From positions 768,001-832,000 of the forward strand of contig CAWJRG010000010.1 of NCBI GenBank assembly GCA_963845185.1: a DNA stretch of 64,000 nucleotides, written 5' to 3'. The first letter of the stretch is position 1. Each line of letters starts with the position of its first letter. The translations under genes were made by a program, and so were the position numbers. Below are positions 32,975 through 42,637 of this stretch, one piece after another. The DNA comes from an uncultured bacterium (GTDB lineage: Bacteria; Oederibacteriota; PGYV01; CAWJRG01). The notes below the pieces were generated by a model. That model was not told the origin of the DNA. It saw only the letters and a list, made by a program, of their open reading frames with translations, and did no database searches.

Positions 32975-33662
32975 AATTTTATCGATAATTATACCTGTCT
33001 ATAATGAAGAAAACACAATCAGCCAGCTTGTGGAAAAAGTGCAAAAATTAAAATTATTAGGGATAAAAAAGCAAATAATTATCATAGATGACGGTTCAAC
33101 CGATTTAACCAAAGACAAATTAAAGAAAATAAAAAAAAGATATAAAGATGTGCTGATAATTATTAAAGAGAAAAACGAAGGCAAAGGTTCTGCCGTAAGA
33201 AAAGGTATTGAATATGTAAAAGGAGATTTTTCCATTATACAGGATGCGGACTTGGAATATGACCCCGAAGATTACAAAATACTCATAAAACCGATACTTC
33301 TTGGCAAGGCAGATGTTGTTTATGGCTCTAGATTTCTTGGGATTCACAGAGCTTTTTTATTCTGGCATTATGTAGCAAATAAAATGCTTAACTTTATAAC
33401 AAACGTACTTTATGACAGCATTTTAACCGATATGGAGACATGCTATAAAATTTTTAAAAGTGAAATACTGAAAGGGCTTAACCTGAAATCAAAAGGATTT
33501 GAAATCGAACCTGAAATAACCGCAAAAATTTTAAAAAGGAAATATAAAATATATGAAGTGCCTATAAGCTATTACGGCAGAAGCTATGATGAAGGGAAAA
33601 AAATAACTGTTATGGATGCGTTTAAAGCCGTGTTTATACTATTGAAATATAGGCTTTTTTAA
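32964..33662 (+). CDS. GT2 glycosyltransferase (DPM1-like polyprenol-P-sugar synthase)
   Basis: IIPVYNEE, DDGSTD, QDADLEYDP, TDMETCYK. Confidence 0.9.
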   Translation: MRNKILSIIIPVYNEENTISQLVEKVQKLKLLGIKKQIIIIDDGSTDLTKDKLKKIKKRYKDVLIIIKEKNEGKGSAVRKGIEYVKGDFSIIQDADLEYDPEDYKILIKPILLGKADVVYGSRFLGIHRAFLFWHYVANKMLNFITNVLYDSILTDMETCYKIFKSEILKGLNLKSKGFEIEPEITAKILKRKYKIYEVPISYYGRSYDEGKKITVMDAFKAVFILLKYRLF

Positions 33663-33765
33663 TTAATTTAACTTTGCAAATTTATAAGAGATCAGTTGAA
33701 ATAAGACGTTAGAAATGTAAAGAGCAACATGAAATTGGATATGCTTAAATTATAAATTTGAAATT

Positions 33766-34040
33766 AATGCCATACCTAGGCGGGGAACCAGCGGTGCCCT
33801 GTACCGGCAATCCGCTTCAGCCGGGCCGAGAACTTATCCGAGGGTATGTTTTTCAGACAACTTAAAATTAATTTTTGGCGTTGAAGGCCGGGTCTGATGC
33901 ACTCATCGGCTCTTGAACCCCGTCAGGTCCGGAAGGAAGCAGCGGTAAAATATGTCCGAGAGGTGTCCTCAGGCAGCCTAGCCGGAGTCAAAATTTTTTT
34001 TGAGCCTGTAAGCATAATCGACGATAAGTGGTATGGCATT
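33766..34040 (+). ncRNA. ffs: Large (Alu-domain-containing) bacterial SRP RNA
   Basis: Helix 8 GTCAGGTCCGGAAGGAAGCAGC; Alu-like 5' GGGGAACCAGCGGTGCCCTGTACC..AATCCGC; ends pair (AATGCCATAC/GTATGGCATT); upstream of dnaX. Confidence 0.93.
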
Positions 34041-34160
34041 ATTAAATTAATCCGGATGTATCTATTAGAAAGATGATAAAACCTGGTCTTACGAGACATT
34101 TTTGTATACTGTATTTTAAATAAGGGTATATTTTTGATTTATTACTGCAGGAGAAATTAT

Positions 34161-35816
34161 ATGGATAGTCAGTACACAGTCTTTACAAGAAAATGGCGGC
34201 CGCAAACATTCGATGATATAATAGGCCAGGACCAGGTTGTAATATCGTTAAAAAGGGCTATTGAATTAAACAGAATAATGCATGCCTATTTATTTTCAGG
34301 GCCGCGCGGCGTAGGAAAGACAACTACAGCCAGAGTGTTTGCCAAGGCGTTAAATTGCGAAAAAGGGCCTATTATTACGCCTTGCAACAAATGCGTAAAC
34401 TGCAATGAAATAAAAGACGGTGTATCGCTTGATGTCATTGAAATTGATGGTGCGTCTAATAGAGGGATTGAAAAAATAAGGGAACTAAGAGAGCATGTAG
34501 GGTATGTTGCAGCCAGAGGCAAGTACAAAATATATATAATTGATGAAGTACATATGCTTACAACTGAAGCTTTTAATGCTTTGCTTAAGACGCTTGAAGA
34601 GCCGCCAAAGCATGTCATATTTATTTTTGCAACAACAAATCCCCAAGCGTTACCTCAAACCATCCTTTCAAGGTGCCAACATTTTAAATTTAAAAGGATG
34701 CCAGTAAATATAATTATTTCCAATTTGCAGATGATTGCAAAAAATGAAAAAATAGAATACGAAGAACAGGCGCTTTATATAATAGCACGGGCGGCAGACG
34801 GGGCATTAAGGGACGCACAGCGCAGTTTTGACCAGGCAATCACTTATGCTGGGGGGAAAAAGATAACGGCCTCTATGGCAAGCGAAATGCTCGGTGAAAT
34901 AGAAATTGATTTAGTAAATAGTATTGTCGAGGCAATAATAGAAAAGGACATGAAAAAAGCCTTAGGTACCATTGAAAATATTTTTGATTCGGATTATGAT
35001 CTGAAAAATTTTATTAAGATTTTTATAGAAACAATCAGGAATCTGCTGATGATCAAGACAGTTGATACAAAAGATATTTTAATGCTTGGCGATGAAGAAT
35101 ACAAATTTCTAGTTAAATTAAGCGCTGGTATTGATAAAAAGTATATTTTGTACATATTGCAGAAATCTTTTGATATAGAACAGCTTATAATTAAAAGTTA
35201 TTTGCCCGACATAGCTCTTGAAGCCTTTATAATAGATATTATTTTGCGTCAGGAGGACAACAATACCCAGATTAGTGAAAATGTTTCTGAAAATGGACAA
35301 AAAACATCTTTAAAAAAGGTATTTGCTGAAACACAGAACAAGGAAGAAGCAAAGACCGAACTACCGGCCAATAAAGAAGCCGAGGCTGTAAATGCACCGA
35401 TTTTAATAGATGAAATAGAAGAACAGGCGAATATACAGCAATTAACAAAAGAAATAATTGAAAAAAGATGGGAAAACGTAATGGAGAGGGCAAAAAATAA
35501 AAAAGAAGATGAAGATTTTATACATGCTTTGACAACAGCAGGAATTGTTTCATATGAAGAACCCACGCTTTTCATGATAGGGGATACTAACCTATCAGCT
35601 GAGTTTCTGAAAAAAAATATGGAAAAAATTAAAATAATATTGAGACAAGAATTTAAAAAGGAAATAAAAATAGTTATTTACGAAAAGGAAGAATATAAAA
35701 ATAGGTACAAGTTGAAAAAAGAAATAACAGAAGAAGAAGCAAAAAACCACCCGGTAATAAGGAAGTTATCAAAGATATTTGATATTTCTTCTGTAGAAAT
35801 TAAAAAGACGAAGTAA
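34161..35816 (+). CDS. dnaX: DNA polymerase III gamma/tau
   Basis: RKWRPQTF, GPRGVGKTT, IIDEVHML, SRCQ. Confidence 0.97.
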   Translation: MDSQYTVFTRKWRPQTFDDIIGQDQVVISLKRAIELNRIMHAYLFSGPRGVGKTTTARVFAKALNCEKGPIITPCNKCVNCNEIKDGVSLDVIEIDGASNRGIEKIRELREHVGYVAARGKYKIYIIDEVHMLTTEAFNALLKTLEEPPKHVIFIFATTNPQALPQTILSRCQHFKFKRMPVNIIISNLQMIAKNEKIEYEEQALYIIARAADGALRDAQRSFDQAITYAGGKKITASMASEMLGEIEIDLVNSIVEAIIEKDMKKALGTIENIFDSDYDLKNFIKIFIETIRNLLMIKTVDTKDILMLGDEEYKFLVKLSAGIDKKYILYILQKSFDIEQLIIKSYLPDIALEAFIIDIILRQEDNNTQISENVSENGQKTSLKKVFAETQNKEEAKTELPANKEAEAVNAPILIDEIEEQANIQQLTKEIIEKRWENVMERAKNKKEDEDFIHALTTAGIVSYEEPTLFMIGDTNLSAEFLKKNMEKIKIILRQEFKKEIKIVIYEKEEYKNRYKLKKEITEEEAKNHPVIRKLSKIFDISSVEIKKTK

Positions 35817-35833
35817 ATCAGGAGGCAGTGCAA

Positions 35834-36160
35834 ATGAAAGGCATGGGAAATATGGGTGATATGCTTGGAAAGGCCAAACAATTGCAGAATAAAATGCTGC
35901 AAATGCAGGAAGAAATCAAGCAAAAAACCGTAGAATCATCTGTAAACAGCGGTGCAGTGACCGTTATGGCAAACGGGGCAAAACAAATTTTGAGTATAAA
36001 AATCGGAAAAGAGCTGTTGGCTTCGCAGGATGAAGAAATCCTCCAGGATTTACTGATAATGGCGGTCAATGAGGCGTTAAATAAAGCACAAGCCATGATG
36101 GAAGAGGAAATGAAAAAATTAACAGGAGGAATGGGGTTAAACCTTCCCAATTTATTTTAG
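35834..36160 (+). CDS. ybaB: YbaB/EbfC nucleoid-associated protein
   Basis: AKQLQNKM, LQDLLIMAVNEAL; between dnaX and recR. Confidence 0.93.
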   Translation: MKGMGNMGDMLGKAKQLQNKMLQMQEEIKQKTVESSVNSGAVTVMANGAKQILSIKIGKELLASQDEEILQDLLIMAVNEALNKAQAMMEEEMKKLTGGMGLNLPNLF

Positions 36161-36165
36161 ATCCA

Positions 36166-36771
36166 ATGTATAATTATCCAAATTCACTGCTAAAATTAAT
36201 TAATGAGATATCAAAATTGCCGGGGATAGGACCTAAAATGGCCGAGCGTATATCGCTTTTTCTTTTGAAAAAAAGAGGCGAATATGTGAACGAATTGTCC
36301 GTCGCGCTTGGAGAAATAAAAAACATAAATTTTTGCAGAAATTGTTTTAATGTAGCGGACAAATCGGTTTGTTCGATATGCGATGATGGAACCAGGGATA
36401 AAGAATATATCTGTGTGGTCGAGGGACCAGAAGATATTGTAACAATTGAAAGAACCGGCAAATATAACGGATATTATCATACACTGCATGGACTTATTAA
36501 TCCATTAAATAATATAATGCCTGAAAACCTTAAAATTAATGAGCTTGTAGAAAGGTTAAAAAAACAAGATACCGTAAAAGAATTGATTCTTGCGATAAAT
36601 CACACTGTTGAAGGCGACGCCACGTCGTTATATATCAAAAGAGAAATACAGGAAGCCGGTTTAAATCTTAAAATAACAAGGCTGGCAAAAGGGCTGCCTA
36701 CAGGTTCTGATATAAGGTACGCCGACGAGATTACACTTGGGCAGGCAATACTGGAAAGAAAAGAAATTTAA
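36166..36771 (+). CDS. recR: Recombination mediator RecR
   Basis: LPGIGPKMAER, C4 zinc finger, EGDATSLY, YADEITL. Confidence 0.97.
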   Translation: MYNYPNSLLKLINEISKLPGIGPKMAERISLFLLKKRGEYVNELSVALGEIKNINFCRNCFNVADKSVCSICDDGTRDKEYICVVEGPEDIVTIERTGKYNGYYHTLHGLINPLNNIMPENLKINELVERLKKQDTVKELILAINHTVEGDATSLYIKREIQEAGLNLKITRLAKGLPTGSDIRYADEITLGQAILERKEI

Positions 36772-36856
36772 TTCGCCTGCACAAAAAAATCAGGTAATAT
36801 ACGCTCACTTCACTCATAACTATAATCGGCGAGAACAGATGAAAGGCGGTAATTAA

Positions 36857-38686
36857 GTGGGTAAAAACAACGAATTAACCGTAAAAATAATTATAGTGGT
36901 TATTTCATTTTTACTTGCTTTTATGCTTTCGCTAAGACCGCTTGATAACTCGGATTATGGATTTCACCTGCGTACAGGACAGGATATAGTAAAAAACCAT
37001 CATTTTCCCATGACTGAAAATTATTCTTATACGGCAAAAGGTAATTTTAATCCCGCATATTCGTGGATATTTGACAGCATAAGCTATGTCTTTTATGAGG
37101 CGGGGAATATTAATGGGCTTATTTATTTACAAATTCTCCTGATTTTTATAATATTTTCAATTATTTTAACTCATTTATTTAAGACAGAATTACTGCGGCA
37201 AAATTTTTTATTATCAGTGCCTGTGGCACTAAATATTATATTGGCGTTTTCGTTTTTACTTATGCCGAGAATAATGATCCGGCCGCATCTTCTGGGATAT
37301 GTTTTTCTTTCGCTTTTTATTATTGTTATGGACAGGGTTGCGCATGAGCAAAAGGACATACATGATACAAAAAATTTTTTTAAAAACAATAATTTCTGGA
37401 TTGCAATTGTTATCTTTTTGTTCTGGATTAATAGCCATTCATCATTTGTCGAAGCATTTGTGTTTCTGGGTATCTGGATAATTTCAGAAATTATCAGTAA
37501 TATACTTGGAAATAAAAAAACAGAATTTACTAAATTTTTATTTTTTGCGCTTATTTTTGGTTTTTTGAGTTTTTTTACTCCGAATTTTAATAAAATTTTT
37601 GCGACGTTTGTTTCCGCGTCAAAATCTACTGAAGAATTTTATTCACTGTTTGAAATTTTTCCGGCTTGGGGATTGTTCTATACTGTAATTATATTTCTTT
37701 ATATCATACTTTTTATTAGGATAGCAGTTTATTATTTTCGAATAAAAGATTTTTACCGTTCTTTTTCGATAATTTTTTTTACAGCACTGGGCATTTATTC
37801 GATAAGGTTTTTAGGCGAAGCTGGCATTGTGGTAGGAATTATGTCTGTTCCTGCTGCAGTAGATATGGTAAAGCATGCTGAAAAAAAGCCAGAGATAAAA
37901 AGAATTTTATTAATTTTATTAATCTCACTTACCATTGCGCAATCTGGTCTTATACTAGAATATCATAAACCGGTTAGAATGGGCATGGATGAAACAAAAC
38001 TTCCGGTTTATTCTACGGCTTACTTAAATAAACTGGATTTAGACGGCAGGATGTTTAACTATTTAGGGTGGGGCGGTTATCTCATTTGGGAACTACAAAA
38101 ATACCCTGTATTTATAGATGGCAGAATGCAGGTTTATTCAAATAATTTTCTCAATAATTGTAGTAAAATGTTGCGAAAACCACCTATTTATTTTTATGAA
38201 CAATGCGCCAAGTACGGAATCTCTTTTGCCGTGGTTCCATACGCAACAAATTTTGGTGATATGATAGTAGATGATTTTTCAGACTATCTTTTTGACAAGA
38301 ATGAATGGGCACTTGTATATTTTGACAATAATTCACTAGTTTATTTAAAGCGGGGCTTCAGCAAAAAAAATGATGCTATTATTGCCAGAGATGAATATTC
38401 AATACTGGAACCAACAATATGGCAGCCTGCTTTGTTGTATAAATATTTAAACAATGTTACAACACGTCAAAAACTTATTAAAGATCTTCATGTGTTTGAT
38501 CAATATTTGGATAACAACAGTACAACTCAAAAACTTATTAATGAGCTTCAGCGTTCTGTTTCGGAATATCCTGACTGTGTTTATTCGCATTTTTGCCTTG
38601 CATATGTAAAGTTTAAAACCGGAGATTTTACTGGCGCAACCAGGGAACTGGATATAACCAGAAAATTAACCCACAATATTAGATAG
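36857..38686 (+). CDS. Multi-pass membrane protein, putative GT-C glycosyltransferase (paralog 1)
   Basis: DYGFHLRTG loop, IRPHL, WINSHS, WGGYLIW..VFIDGR; C-terminal TPR-like helix. Confidence 0.65.
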   Translation: MGKNNELTVKIIIVVISFLLAFMLSLRPLDNSDYGFHLRTGQDIVKNHHFPMTENYSYTAKGNFNPAYSWIFDSISYVFYEAGNINGLIYLQILLIFIIFSIILTHLFKTELLRQNFLLSVPVALNIILAFSFLLMPRIMIRPHLLGYVFLSLFIIVMDRVAHEQKDIHDTKNFFKNNNFWIAIVIFLFWINSHSSFVEAFVFLGIWIISEIISNILGNKKTEFTKFLFFALIFGFLSFFTPNFNKIFATFVSASKSTEEFYSLFEIFPAWGLFYTVIIFLYIILFIRIAVYYFRIKDFYRSFSIIFFTALGIYSIRFLGEAGIVVGIMSVPAAVDMVKHAEKKPEIKRILLILLISLTIAQSGLILEYHKPVRMGMDETKLPVYSTAYLNKLDLDGRMFNYLGWGGYLIWELQKYPVFIDGRMQVYSNNFLNNCSKMLRKPPIYFYEQCAKYGISFAVVPYATNFGDMIVDDFSDYLFDKNEWALVYFDNNSLVYLKRGFSKKNDAIIARDEYSILEPTIWQPALLYKYLNNVTTRQKLIKDLHVFDQYLDNNSTTQKLINELQRSVSEYPDCVYSHFCLAYVKFKTGDFTGATRELDITRKLTHNIR

Positions 38687-38945
38687 AGGAGTGATATCAG
38701 CAATTAAAAATATATAAAATGACAGTCTTTCCCAGATTAAATTTGGTTAATAATCCCGACAATGAATACGAAAGTTTAATCTTTTGCTACTGATATTTAG
38801 ATTGTATGATAAAATATTATAAATAATTTATATTTTTAGAAATTAGTAATTTAATTAAATATAATAAAAAGAAATATTGAAAACTTGAAACCCACAATGT
38901 TTCATTCAGTAAAGATAATAAATAAATTAAGAAGGAGATAATCAT

Positions 38946-40751
38946 TTGATTAAAAATAAGGAATTGATAATAAAAATAATGATAATTATTATTTCGTTCT
39001 TACTTGCTATATTATTTTCGTTTACGCCGGTTGACAATCCTGACTATGGCTTTCATTTAAGGACAGGACAGGATATAGTAAAAAACCATTTTTTCCCTTT
39101 AACTGAAAACTATTCCTACACGGCAAAAGGAAATTTCAACCCAGCATATTCATGGATTTTTGACAGCCTAAGTTATATTTTTTATGCATTTGGAAATATA
39201 AACGGGCTTATATATTTTCAGATAATATTGACATTTATTATATTTTTCTTAGTCCTGTTTAATTTTTTTAAAAAAGATCTTGTAAATAAGAATATATTTT
39301 TGTCCGGCCTCCTTGCTCTCAATATCTTATTTGCATTTTCGTTTTTACTTATGCCAAGGATAATGATAAGGCCGCATCTCTTTGGATATGTCTTTTTTAC
39401 AGTTTACCTACTTATTATGGATAATGCTGCCCATGACCAACAAGAAACCGGCTTTAAATTGTTACTAAAAAATAAGAATATAATCGCCGCAATTATTATA
39501 TTCCTATTCTGGGTAAACAGTCATTCGTCATTTGCTGAAGGTTATGCACTCTTAGTGATATGGATAATTTCGGTCGCATTAAGGGATTTTTCGCAAAAAG
39601 GAAAAAAATTAAATTTATTAGGCCTGATAGGGATAGCTATCATATTATTTGTCATATGTTTTTGTACCCCGAACCTGGGCAGGATATTCGCGCCGTTTGT
39701 GGGTTCTACAAAATATACTGAAGAATTCTTTTCTTTATTTGAGATCCTGCCTAAATCCGGATTTTTTTATATGTTCCTTATAATGTTTTACGTCATTATT
39801 TTTGCTGTAATAAGCCTGTATTACTTTAATAAAAAGAACTATTTCAGGTCGTTTGCTCTTGTTTTTTTTGCTGCACTTGGAGTTTATTCAGTTAGATTCC
39901 TTGGAGATGCAGGTATAGTAGCAGGAATCCTTACAGTACCGGCGGCAAAAGACTTGACAAATATCTGTGAAACAAAAAATAACTTGAAGCACGGGCTAAT
40001 AATAATCTTTGCCACGCTCGCGATAGCGCAGGGAGTGCTGATAATGCATTACCATAATCCGAATGGGATGGGCATGAATAAATCAAGTTTTCCTGTCAAT
40101 TCTGTCAAATATCTCAAACAGCAAGATATTGACGGACGCATGTTCAATTCATTTGAGTGGGGAGGATACCTTATCTGGGAGCTTCAAAAATATCCTGTAT
40201 TTGTAGATGGCAGAGTACAGGTTTATCCGGAAGAATTTATAAATAATTTCAGGATTAAGATCCTGCAAAAACCACCGCTTTATTTTTACGAACAGTGCCA
40301 AAAATACGGTATTTCCTTTGCCGTGGTGCCTTATGCATCAAACATTGGCAGAATGATAGCAAACGATTATTCTGGATATCTATTTAATAACAAAGACTGG
40401 GCGCTTGTATATTTTGACAATAATTCGCTGGTTTATATAAAGCGAGGCTTCAGTAAAAAGAATGACGCAATTATTACCAGAGATGAATATACGATGCTGC
40501 AGCCTACAATAATGGCCCCTCCTTTAATGGATAAATATTTAAACAATGATTCAAAGCGGCAAAAGCTTATTAAAGAGCTTCAGCGTTCCATTTCCGAATA
40601 TCCTGACTGCATTTATTCGCATTTTTGTTTGGCTTATATTAGATTTAAAACAGGGGATTTAACTGATGCAATAAAGGAATTGGAGACTACAAGAAAACTA
40701 TATCCAAATCCGCAAGTAGAAATACTATATCAACAATTGAAAAAGATGTAA
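38946..40751 (+). CDS. Multi-pass membrane protein, putative GT-C glycosyltransferase (paralog 2)
   Basis: Collinear with paralog 1 over the full length, long identical peptides; AAGGAG RBS before TTG. Confidence 0.65.
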   Translation: MIKNKELIIKIMIIIISFLLAILFSFTPVDNPDYGFHLRTGQDIVKNHFFPLTENYSYTAKGNFNPAYSWIFDSLSYIFYAFGNINGLIYFQIILTFIIFFLVLFNFFKKDLVNKNIFLSGLLALNILFAFSFLLMPRIMIRPHLFGYVFFTVYLLIMDNAAHDQQETGFKLLLKNKNIIAAIIIFLFWVNSHSSFAEGYALLVIWIISVALRDFSQKGKKLNLLGLIGIAIILFVICFCTPNLGRIFAPFVGSTKYTEEFFSLFEILPKSGFFYMFLIMFYVIIFAVISLYYFNKKNYFRSFALVFFAALGVYSVRFLGDAGIVAGILTVPAAKDLTNICETKNNLKHGLIIIFATLAIAQGVLIMHYHNPNGMGMNKSSFPVNSVKYLKQQDIDGRMFNSFEWGGYLIWELQKYPVFVDGRVQVYPEEFINNFRIKILQKPPLYFYEQCQKYGISFAVVPYASNIGRMIANDYSGYLFNNKDWALVYFDNNSLVYIKRGFSKKNDAIITRDEYTMLQPTIMAPPLMDKYLNNDSKRQKLIKELQRSISEYPDCIYSHFCLAYIRFKTGDLTDAIKELETTRKLYPNPQVEILYQQLKKM

Positions 40752-40820
40752 ATCAATAACCTAGTAGATTTAGTAGCGAACATATATGATTTATATTGAT
40801 TAGTGGAAAGTTTTAGTGAG

Positions 40821-40861
40821 TTATCCACAAAACATCCCCAATTTTCCACAAGTTATCAACA
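40821..40861. promoter_or_regulatory. Distal DnaA-box cluster
   Basis: TTATCCACA 40821, TTTTCCACA 40842, TTATCAACA 40853, co-oriented, between convergent genes. Confidence 0.7.
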
Positions 40862-40946
40862 ACAAAAAACAGCTTTATTTTTAATGGTTTTTATGGATTT
40901 TTACAATATATCTAGCAGGTTTTTCACAAAGCACTTGTAAAATCAG

Positions 40947-41453
40947 TCAAATCTGTAGAATATTACATATTATTTCATTATCTTCAACTTCTAATAGGCC
41001 AATAGAATTATATTTTATTCCGCATGTCGCACTACCAGGATTAAAATATTTTATATTCTTAAATGTATCGTTATATGCAGAATGCGTATGCCCAAAAATT
41101 ATCATGTAGGGAAAATCTTTTGAAAAAGTTTTATATAATTTATCCTTGATTACATAAGGGGAACCGCTTCCATGAGATATACATACAATAAATTTATCAT
41201 TTATTTTTGTTGTTATTTCAAGGGAATAAGTAATTTCATGCGAGTCCATATTGCCCTTTACAGCATAAACAGGAGCTATTGTTTCAAGTTCGGTTATAAC
41301 ACCGTTATTAACAATATCCCCGCAATGTATAATAAAATTTGCACCTTTAAAATAATTGTATATTTCTTTAGGAAGGGATTTAGCTCTTGAAGGAATATGT
41401 GTATCTGAAATAACCCCTATTTTTTTGATTCCGACATTATTTATTGATGTCAT
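40947..41453 (-). CDS. YfcE-family metallophosphoesterase
   Basis: ISDTH, HCGD, VKGNMD, FGHTH, FNPGS. Confidence 0.9.
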   Translation of the reverse strand: MTSINNVGIKKIGVISDTHIPSRAKSLPKEIYNYFKGANFIIHCGDIVNNGVITELETIAPVYAVKGNMDSHEITYSLEITTKINDKFIVCISHGSGSPYVIKDKLYKTFSKDFPYMIIFGHTHSAYNDTFKNIKYFNPGSATCGIKYNSIGLLEVEDNEIICNILQI

Positions 41454-41832
41454 TCTTAAATTTGTTAACTTCAAGAAGTATTTTCGCAAGGTCGTCATTG
41501 CTTAATTTATCAAGGGCTTTTTCCAGTCTGTCTATTTTTGAATCAGATTTGTTTTCTTCACCGTGCAATTTATCAAGGCCGGAGGCTGTAACATATTTCT
41601 GCTGTAGATCACCCAACACCCTAAATAGAAGTTTTGTTTCGCCTACCGATAAATGACCTTTGGTTTTTTCCTGTAGGATTTTAAGCATGTTAATTATTTG
41701 CCTTGCATGAGGAAGGTTCTGAATTTTTTTGCCGCTTATAAAACGGGGAACTTCACCCAAAGACATTAAGGCTGTCTGTGAAAGAAGCAGTACAAGATTA
41801 ATGAAATCTAAATTATCCGTTTCCTCAGCCAT
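41437..41832 (-). CDS. DUF1844-domain protein
   Basis: F..LV..L...AL..LGE..ARQIINML..L.EKTKG.L..E pattern. Confidence 0.7.
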   Translation of the reverse strand: MAEETDNLDFINLVLLLSQTALMSLGEVPRFISGKKIQNLPHARQIINMLKILQEKTKGHLSVGETKLLFRVLGDLQQKYVTASGLDKLHGEENKSDSKIDRLEKALDKLSNDDLAKILLEVNKFKNDINK

Positions 41833-41908
41833 TTTTGCTCCATTATTCAAATGAAATTCTTTTATTTATAAGCATCTAGTTAAAGAAAAATAATTAAGAT
41901 TAAATTAT

Positions 41909-42634
41909 TTAAAAAACTTTAAATTTTTTGAATTTTTTTACAAATAACTCCCAGTGGTCCTTAAAATCCCAGTAGCGCCCGGCAAAAGTAGTTGTGCCAT
42001 TAAGTATGCTTTTTTTAAAATCTTCTGCATTTTTGCCTTTAAAAAGAGTATATGCAGTTCCAATGCCATCGAGCGAATGTGAATCTGAACCCCCTGTAAC
42101 AGGTAATTTCCAGTATTTGTTATTTATTTTTCGAGCCTTTGCATCGGTAATCTTTCCTGCTATTGCGGGATTAATCAACTCGACAGCATCAAAATATATA
42201 AATTTATTTTTGCTTTTCAACACATCCTTAAAGCTGCCTTCGCCAACGCTGGTCGTAAGCCAGCTCAAAGGATGAGGTACTATACAAATACCGCCCTGCC
42301 TATGTATTTCCTCAATTGTCCTAAAAAGGCCGGTATATCTTTTTATCCTGTTTTTCATAAATAGACCGATTAGGTGCCCTTTCAAAGTGCTTACTTCCTC
42401 GCCGACTATTATCTGAATACGGTATTTTTTTTTCAGCGCATATTCTTGCGCAGTCAGACCGCCCTTTATCTGGTCATGATCGGTGATGGCTATTACATCA
42501 AGATCGGTATAATGTTCAACATAATCGACAATTTCCTGTACCGTGCACACAGCGTCGCCTATTGATGAATGTATATGATAATCAGCTTTACCCCAGCCTT
42601 TTAGTTTATTTGGTAATATTATTTTTTTAGTCAT
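41909..42634 (-). CDS. PHP-family phosphoesterase
   Basis: DYHIHS, AITDHD, GEEVST..GH, PHP, GGSDSH. Confidence 0.9.
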   Translation of the reverse strand: MTKKIILPNKLKGWGKADYHIHSSIGDAVCTVQEIVDYVEHYTDLDVIAITDHDQIKGGLTAQEYALKKKYRIQIIVGEEVSTLKGHLIGLFMKNRIKRYTGLFRTIEEIHRQGGICIVPHPLSWLTTSVGEGSFKDVLKSKNKFIYFDAVELINPAIAGKITDAKARKINNKYWKLPVTGGSDSHSLDGIGTAYTLFKGKNAEDFKKSILNGTTTFAGRYWDFKDHWELFVKKFKKFKVF

Positions 42635-42637
42635 TAC

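Noticed and set aside
35546..35561. TGTTTCATATGAAGAA as parS
   Set aside because: Four mismatches, broken symmetry, within dnaX coding sequence
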